A stretch of DNA of 63,862 nt, filler included. It is 11 parts of 11 records of this genome, joined end to end, with 100 filler letters (N's around TTAATTAATTAA, not from the genome) between each part and the next. Parts side by side here need not be neighbours in the genome. Positions count along the whole stretch, not along the records: positions 51,041 to 59,666 come from SRR7504441_11619; positions 59,767 to 63,862 come from SRR7504441_11649; 9 more parts are not named here. One strand, written 5' to 3'. A program made the translations under genes and the position numbers. Position 1 is the first letter of the stretch. Each line of letters starts with the position of its first letter. The notes below the pieces were generated by a model that searched no databases, was not told the DNA's origin, and saw only the letters and a list, made by a program, of their open reading frames with translations. Positions 56,473 through 63,862 of this stretch are shown here, piece after piece.

Positions 56473-57637
56473 ATGGAGGGCGCCCTGGTGGAGATGGGTT
56501 TCCCGGCAGAGCGCTCGCGGAGGGCCCTGGCGCAGACCGGTGGCGACCTGAACGCCGCGATGGAGGTGCTTGGTGGGAGCGCAGCTGGTGCTGAGCCGGT
56601 GCGGCCAGTTGATGCTGGCCAACGCGGACGGGGGCGAGGCCCCGGCCCCGGCCAAGCCGAGCAACCCTGGGCCGCCTCCAGGCCTTCCGCCGGGCTGGGA
56701 GGTCGGGCGCACCCCTGACGGCCAGACCTACTACATCGACCACAACACGTCCACCACACACTGGGACCTGCCGGGAGCCACCCCGCCGGCTGCATCGCCC
56801 GCAGCCCAGCCGGCGGCCCAGCCCACGGCGCAGTCGGCGCAGGAGGGCAATCCACTGGTGCTGGCTCATCTGAACTCCGGGATCCAGGCAAGCCGCGGGC
56901 CACAGGCCGGGGGCCAGCTGCGGGGGCAGTTGAGCTGCCGAATCGAGCCAGCGAAGCACGGCTATGTGGTCCGCATTGAGGGCACGCGCGGGGGCAACCT
57001 CAGGCAGCACCCGACCGGCGAGGTGGACACCCGCGGCGGCAAAGGCGGCCTGGCTCAGATCCAGGCTCCGTCCAGGGCTGCGCGCGCGCTTACGGGCCGG
57101 CAGATGATCGCAGCAGAGCCGAATGGCGCCGTGCGGATGCGCAGCTTTGGCGCCCGGGGGCAGGACAGGTCTGGAGGCTGGCGCGCTGTGCCTGACCGGG
57201 TTGGCAGATATATCTCGGTCCAGCTGTCAGGCGGAGGGGAGATTCAGTGCGTACCGATCGGTGCTGGCGGGGAACCGGACCCAAGCCTGTGGATGGCGCT
57301 GAGTGCTGACGGGTGCGCGATGGAAGGCGGTGAGGACTGAGCTGTGCGCAGGTCCGGGCAGCGGCCTGGATGGTTGGAGCTGGCACCGGAGCCGTCAGAG
57401 CAGGTGCCGCTGTGCTGCGTGGTGTCATATCCCCGGGGGCAGCACGGAAAGGGTAAAGGCAAGGGCAAGGGAGGCGGCAAGGGCAGACCGAGGGAGCAGG
57501 CTCAGGTGCACTGCCGTGTGAGCTGTGTGAGCCTTGCGCAGCCGCTCGATCAGTTCTTTGCTATCGAGAGTCCGGTCCAGCTTGCGCAACCGGTGATGCC
57601 CTGCTGCCGGACCGGGCCAGCCTGGCCACCAGGCTGA
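56473..57637 (+). CDS. UBA + WW domain protein, multi-intron
   Basis: [27 protein letters not shown] (UBA), an intron, then [27 protein letters not shown] (WW) and a beta-rich region. 3' end is uncertain. Confidence 0.75.
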
Positions 57638-58091
57638 TGCTACGCTGCAAATCCGCGGCAAGAACGGCGAGTGCTACACTGGCACGGTGCCGTCTAGGCC
57701 GGGCGTGAGCGAGCAGCGGGCAGTTGTCGGGGGTCCCGATGAGTGAGCTGAGCCGCCGGATAGACCAGGCAAGCTCCGCTGCCCGGGCTAGCTCACCCGG
57801 AGCCAGGGCCTCTGGGGTCAGGCCCACGTGCCCCAGAATAACCAGCCACCGGCCAACAGGCACTTGCACGGATGGCCTGGCTCAGCCGGGCGGGCAGTGG
57901 AGCGGATCAGCCGGGTCAGCCGGGGGAGGATCGAGCCGGTGCTGGCCAGCACGGGCTGGCTAGTGTGCCGCCACAGCCTGGTCGGCCGATCAGCGGGCCT
58001 GCGGAGAAACCTCCGGACAATCGGTGGCGAAAGTGGGGTGCTGAGTTGACCGGAAGCAGGCGACCGAATGATCGGTTTGGACCACGGCAGA

Positions 58092-59246
58092 AACCGGAAG
58101 TGGAGACAGTGATGAGACCTTCAGTCAAAGTTCTTAAATGCCCGCCAGACCCTCACGCAAATGCAGGTCAACGAAGGTGGTGCTGGTAAGAATGCGCCCG
58201 TGCACCCGAGCAGCAAGGAGCGGATGTTCTCGCTGGATGGATACGAGGACTTTGTGTATATTGACCCAGAGCGCAAAATTGATCACGGCCAGGTCGACTG
58301 GAGCAGAGCGCGGCCGGACCACGGCGGACAGGTGGGTGTTGACTGGAGCAACACCAAGGTAGAAGATATGGTGACAGAGGCCAAGTCGGCCTCCGGGGGC
58401 AAAGAGGCGCTTGATCTGTTCGAGAATGCAGCTATTGGCACCAAGCTACGCAACACGCACAAGGCAGCCCCAGGGGTGCGGTTGAGAGCAAGCGCAGTGC
58501 GCAGGTGGGCGGCGAGAGATTCAAGGAGATGGATCACTTTGTAGCTGTGGTAAAGACGCCCAAGATCACCGTGAGCATGCCCACTATCAAGTATCCGTCC
58601 CGGCTCCATGTGCGAACTGAGCCGGCCTTCAGGTCTCTGCTGTCTCCGTCTGCGACCGGCGACGCGGCGCAGCTGGTGCAGTTTGACGCGGATGGTGTGC
58701 CGCTGTATGTGCACCGGCGGTACTTGGACGCTGCGAACCAGGTCGACCAGCCTGGAGCGAGGCTGCTCACTCTGGGCAGATTGGCAAGCCAGCGGTGCTT
58801 CAGTATGCGGTACTGTTCAAGCGGTTGCTCCAAGTCATCTTCGGCAAGATTCTCGAGCAGGACTTTGGGCGAGTCCGGCTGTGCTACATGACCACCATGC
58901 GGCACAACGACAGCGTCGCCCACTTGGAGGGCCAAGAAATGCACTTCAATGTGTTGGCGTTCGAGCAGCAGGCGTGCTGCGACCTGGACTCCCAGCGGAT
59001 CACAGGCGGTGGCTGGTCGACGCTGAGCGTGATCTAAACGGGCTGATTGTCAGGCAAGAGGCCGTGGGTGTATTGGTTGCAGCGGGCGGCCACTCTATTC
59101 GACTTGGAGCCGACAGGCCTATATAATCCAGGTGTGCCACCGCCATGTGGCTAGGGGGCGCTGAGCAAAGTCTTGTTGGGACAGCGATCCGGCAACGGTT
59201 TCAGGCATACCTTGAGGCAAACGGCACAGAAGACATAGTTTTGTAG
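58092..59246 (+). CDS. Hypothetical multi-intron protein
   Basis: ORFs 58161-, 58505- and 58795- are joinable by short introns; probable end EANGTEDIVL*. Start is approximate. Confidence 0.45.
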
Positions 59247-59666
59247 AGCCATAAGTACTCAAGGTTTATCGTTGCGCCACCCGGCTATCAATTGATAAAC
59301 CGTGAACAATAATATCTAGACTCAAACCTATAGCGCAAGTCACCATAATTATACCTAGGCTGGTGCTGACAATGCACAAAATCGGGCAAGATAATAGCTT
59401 AATTAACCAATAGCACAGGCATGAAATTTATTTCATCTCGTCACCTTTCAGGTTTATCAAAAGTTCAAACATATCGGGCAGCGGTCGAACAAACCTAGGC
59501 ATGCTCGTTCGCTCAGTTGCGTTGCCGCTTGGGACAATTGGATGCTGTAGGATCCGCGCACCGGACTGGATTGGTAAGGTTGCCCACCTTCTCCAGGCTG
59601 ACAGTCATTGTGTCGCCATGCTTGACATCTCCCAGTCCAGTGCCGGGCGGGGTGCCAGTGGCGATC

Positions 59667-59766
59667 NNNNNNNNNNNNNNNNNNNNNNNNNNNNNNNNNN
59701 NNNNNNNNNNTTAATTAATTAANNNNNNNNNNNNNNNNNNNNNNNNNNNNNNNNNNNNNNNNNNNN
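59667..59766. other. Artificial contig spacer
   Basis: N44-TTAATTAATTAA-N44. Confidence 0.99.
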
Positions 59767-59814
59767 GGGTCGATCAAACCTGCCATCGCTCAGCGGTGGA
59801 AGGGACATGGGTGT

Positions 59815-60903
59815 ATGAGTTTGTGCACCATGTCCGTCCATCCGCATTTCCAGTCCAAGTCCATGCCGACCGAGATCTCTTCGTTTAATGCTAACCCGCC
59901 CTCCCAGACCGTCGCGGGCATCGTGTCCGACCCCCATTGGAGCGGCAGGACCTTCAACATCCCCGATTGCCCCGCCAGCCAAACGGCGGGCACCTTAAAG
60001 GAATGGTACACCCGCAACATATGCCCGACCGCGCAACTCTCGCAAATCAGCATAGTAAACCAGAACGGGGCCGTGGTGGATGACAAGTGCCCCTTCTGGC
60101 AACTGACCGAGGCCGAGGGCATGTTTCAAGTAAGCGTGGTACACATGATGACCCCGAGCCAACCGGGCCCGGCCCGGGTAAAACCGATGCCGGCCGGCGG
60201 CTCGATAACGCTCTACGTTGAGCATGACATCACTGGCATGTCCACTCCGATCCAGCTCCCGGTACATTCAACCTTGCTTCAGCTCAAGATCGCCGCCTTC
60301 GAACAACTCGGGCTGGGCGATGCGGTCTCGGCGGCCGGGCCCAACGTTGGGATAACCTTCAAGGGCGCCACCATCGACAACGAATCCACGATCGCGGCCG
60401 CTAACCTGAACCATGGCGACCATGTCTATGTAGGAGAGAGGAGGCTTGCCACCCCCCAAGACTCCCCGGCCCTGGCTGGCGTCAAGGAGCCGGCCCTCCG
60501 GCCCTCCAACGGAAACGCCTCCGCCGCCGGCGGGTTCGGGTCGATCGCCTCAATCTGGGCAAGCACCGAGGCTCCTCAAGACGCGATGCAATCCATCACG
60601 AGCGGGCTAGATCGGCTGATGGATGACGAACCGCGGCGGCCAAGATCAAGGAACCAAGAGGGCAAGCAGAAGCCGGCCCGACGCAAGCCGAACGACATCG
60701 AGCGGATGAAGGCCAGCTACCGGACCAAGATGTGCCGTGCCGGGCTGGCTGACTGCAAGTACGGGCACAGCTGCTGGTTTGCTCACACGCCAGAAGAACT
60801 GAGGAAGCCAAGCGATCCGTTGCCGGCCTCATGCCCTGGCGTGAACAAGCTGGAGAAGTACGCCCGGCGGCAGGACGGCAGCTCGATCTATAAAGACCAG
60901 TAA
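59815..60903 (+). CDS. Ubiquitin-like domain(s) + CCCH zinc finger protein
   Basis: STLLQLK..ITFKGATIDNESTIAAANLNHGDHVYV (Ubl); a possible second Ubl at the N-terminus; YRTKMCRAGLADCKYGHSCWFAHTPEELR (TIS11-like CCCH). Confidence 0.8.
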   Translation: MSLCTMSVHPHFQSKSMPTEISSFNANPPSQTVAGIVSDPHWSGRTFNIPDCPASQTAGTLKEWYTRNICPTAQLSQISIVNQNGAVVDDKCPFWQLTEAEGMFQVSVVHMMTPSQPGPARVKPMPAGGSITLYVEHDITGMSTPIQLPVHSTLLQLKIAAFEQLGLGDAVSAAGPNVGITFKGATIDNESTIAAANLNHGDHVYVGERRLATPQDSPALAGVKEPALRPSNGNASAAGGFGSIASIWASTEAPQDAMQSITSGLDRLMDDEPRRPRSRNQEGKQKPARRKPNDIERMKASYRTKMCRAGLADCKYGHSCWFAHTPEELRKPSDPLPASCPGVNKLEKYARRQDGSSIYKDQ

Positions 60904-61382
60904 TCAAGAGATCAAGTAACGGCAATCCAAAGGCGTTCAGCAGCGATGGATAGCCGCATCAAGAATCAAAGCACAGCCGCTCAAGCCCGGCTGTGCAACC
61001 AAAAAAAGTGAAACATCACGCCCGCAGATTAAGCAATGGATAAGCAATGGACAATGGTCCGTGACTACTTAAGACATATGGGAGATGCTCAAGACCCATC
61101 TGCATTTTTCTAGTCTAATGTGACACATGATGTGATAATGCTGCTCCTTGAGAGTAAGCATAAGTAATTTAAAGCAACAGTAATTTAACAAATACAGCGC
61201 GAAGGAGTGTGAGATTATATGCAAACTCTTTATAGATTGTTCGAATCTCGACCATGGTCAACGAATTCGACCGACAATCATGACTATTCAACATTCAATG
61301 ATCTCGCGAGCGTCGAGCCAGCCGGACGATTCATACATTATCGGACGGTTTGGCCGTTTTACTCTAGAATTAATCAACAGCG

Positions 61383-62227
61383 TCACGCACTATGCATGCC
61401 CGTCCATAGCTTCTTCTTACTGCCGACACTACTGCTGAGCGTATCACCCAGCGAGCGAATCTCGGCTATGCTCAAGTCTAGTATCGGATCCATCGCCAGG
61501 CTGAGCGTGTCCCGGCCCTCGCCTCGCGGACTGCCTCTGTCGTCACCGTCGACCATATCCTCCGCCCGGCCATCCTCGTTATCGTTGAACCCAAACCTCA
61601 CCAGCGCCAGATAGTTCACCACCCCCACAAACAGAGTAGACAGCCCAAACCCGACTCGCGCGTTTATCCGGAGACCCTGCACCAGACTCGCCACCCGCCG
61701 CCGCCGCCGCGGCCACCTCAATCAGAACTGCGTTAAGCATCGCGCTGAGAACCAGCGAGACTAAATAGATGAGCGCCACCCGCTCCTGCCCCGGCTGGAC
61801 AGCCAGAGCCGGCCAGCGCACCAGGCTAGTCCAGTACGGCTGACTGGTGCCAAACACTAAGGTGCGGTGCTGCCCGGCCAGGTCACTCGGCCAGCCGAGC
61901 GGCTGACCAGAAGGTGCTGCCAGAGCACCGAGACCGCGTAGGCGACGCACCATGAAGCAGTCGCCCCGTGCCTGCCTCCGGTCGGCTGGTGCCGGGCTGG
62001 GAATGGACCTGGCGCCGCGGAGGACCCATGAGATCTCGGCCCAGGCCATGTAGAACATGATCATCCCGATCCCGCCGGAGATCTGGAAGAGCACGAACCG
62101 GTTGGGCTTGCAAGAGCTGCCCGGGGCGCACAGGTAGTGCCTGCCCCCGCTGGCCAGCAGTCCCAGGGGGAGACTGGCACCGGCAGTGCGCCTGCAGCTC
62201 GTGCAGCGCCAGGTTCGAACCCTCCAT
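61383..62227 (-). CDS. GtrA-like membrane protein, multi-intron
   Basis: Spliced RFVLFQISGGIG..ASWCVAYAVSVLWQHLLHRTLVFG..VVNYLALVRFGF fits the GtrA pattern. Confidence 0.6.
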
Positions 62228-62278
62228 CGGCCCCAGCCGGGCGATTGCCGGCGCCGCACGCGACAACGGCCGGTGCTG

Positions 62279-63862
62279 ATGGGACCTGCACGGAGCTGGC
62301 TGTCGGTCCTCCGGTCCCCGGTGTCGGTACTCGTCCTGCTGCTGCCTGGGTGGGGCTCAGCAGCCGAGGACGGCGCGGCTCGGACCCCGCCGATGGGCTG
62401 GCGCAGCTGGAACTACTTCGCGTGCGAGATCGACCAGTCGACCTTCCAGCGGCAGGTGACCGCCCTGGTGGACCGCTCGCGGGGCAACACCAGCCTAGCC
62501 GACCTCGGGTACCGGACCGTCGGGATCGACGACTGCTGGCAAGACTGCCTGCACCCTCTCTCGCTCAATGGTAGCTACCACAGCGCCGAGGGCGCGCCGC
62601 TGGTCGACCAGCAGCGATTCCCTCAGGGGCTGGGCTGGCTGAGTGGGTGGGCCGGGGCCCGCGGGATTGGACTTGGGTGGTACGGCAACAACTGTCCCGA
62701 GACCTCGGGCCCCGGGCGCGGCCCCCGATACTGCGGCGAGCATGATAAACTCACGCCCAACTGGCCGGCCGCGCTGCGAGGTGACGTCCGGGCGCTGGTG
62801 GCGGCCAATTTCTCTGGAATCAAGCTGGACAACCCAGACTGCGGCGCGAATTCGGACCTGCAGGCCTATTACAGCGCGGTGCGAGCGGCAACTGACCGAG
62901 CGGTGGTGATCGAGAACTGCCACTACAATACGGATTTCCCGCGCTGGCTGGACAAACCTGGCGGCGAGCTGGCCTGCCCGATGCATTTGTATCGCGTGAG
63001 TGGCGATATTAAGGCGAACTGGGAAAGCGTGATGGGGAACGCAATGGCGACCGTCCCGTTTGCCGACTCGCTGCATCCGATGTCGCGGCCTGGCTGCTGG
63101 AGCTATCCCGGTGACTCAACACGCCACCCGTTGCCTGACCGCTGTACCGTGCCAGATATGCTAGAGGTCGGCGTGGATGGCCAGAATGGTAGGAGTGAGG
63201 GCGGGCTGTCCCTCGCGGAGCAACGGAGTCACTTCGGACTCTGGTTTGCTCCGTCTTGCGGCGGGCACTGACTGGCACTCTGACAGGTGTGTGATCTCAT
63301 CACCGCTCACGCTCTCGTTTGATCTAGCCAACGGCACAGTGATGGATAGAGTCTGGCCGATCATCAGCAACAGCGAAGCGCTGGCCGTATCGCAGTCGTG
63401 GTTTGGTCATCCTGGCAGTCTGCACTCTCAGGACACGGACACAGCCGGACGCACATGGCAGTTCTGGTCCAAGCCCCAGGCGGCCGGCGGAGTGGCGGTG
63501 ATCGGCTTAAGCCGGGCGCTCGAGTTTGACGCGGCAGCGGGGCGCGTGGATCTGGAGCTGCGAGTGAGCGACTTTGTGGACACGTCACACGGGCTTGCCC
63601 ATGTGCGGGATCTGTGGGCTCACAAGGATTTGGCGCCAGCGAGTGGGCTGCTGCGATTCCCTGGGGTTGCAGCCCATGATAGCGTGTTCCTCCTACTCAC
63701 GCCCGCCCGCGCCGCGCCGCCCGCAACCGATGAGGACAACAGTGGCGACAAGGACTATCTGTTCGAGTTTGCGCCGGCGGCCCTGCCAGCGGACCAGGCG
63801 TTGAACATTGTCAACTCTAGCCTGCCTCAACCATTCGGAAGCGCCACAACCTGGGGCGGATC
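62279..63862 (+). CDS. Secreted GH27 alpha-galactosidase, multi-intron, apparently running off the window
   Basis: RTPPMGWRSWN, GIDDCWQ, GIKLD, YRVSGDI, PDMLEVG, QRSHFGLW and VRDLW. Confidence 0.92.

Noticed and set aside
57640-58090. GC-rich stretch between two genes
   Set aside because: I could not support a coherent ORF, splice path or RNA structure.
4794-59766. Ten recurring TTAATTAATTAA motifs flanked by N runs
   Set aside because: These are identical 100-nt artificial linkers, not a repeat family or CRISPR array. No gene-cluster inference is possible across them.
263-63862. Alternative genetic code or stop readthrough as the reason for fragmented ORFs
   Set aside because: Short introns explain the breaks, and TAA, TAG and TGA all terminate conserved genes.

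Overview
This window is not one locus. It holds 11 eukaryotic contigs joined by 10 artificial 100-nt spacers (44 N + TTAATTAATTAA + 44 N), so adjacency across spacers means nothing. The DNA looks like a gene-dense, GC-rich protist genome; I cannot assign the lineage. Most genes sit head-to-head about 40-190 nt apart, end in AT-rich convergent spacers, and carry many short (about 36-51 nt) introns, several of which need GC donors. About 35 genes or gene fragments are recognisable. They include FOXRED2-like, an ELO elongase, an FKBP-TPR-cyclophilin, two GH27 enzymes, ASPM, ABCA, CCDC78-like, Ulp1, a class 3 lipase, a thioesterase and a permuted NlpC/P60 protein. The most striking item is an intronless gene (47895-49358) fusing an F-box-like motif to a divergent beta-tubulin whose lateral-contact loops are shortened, a possible SCF adaptor using a tubulin fold as bait. 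Others worth checking are an LRR protein with eIF4E-binding-like and PAM2-like motifs, an ASPM with its own EF-hand pair, a GH27 with an in-barrel ricin insertion and altered active-site motif, an ABCA with an extra C-terminal module, a hairpin-rich intron and a 3'UTR-CDS inverted repeat. All family calls are by eye from motifs; no searches were run.
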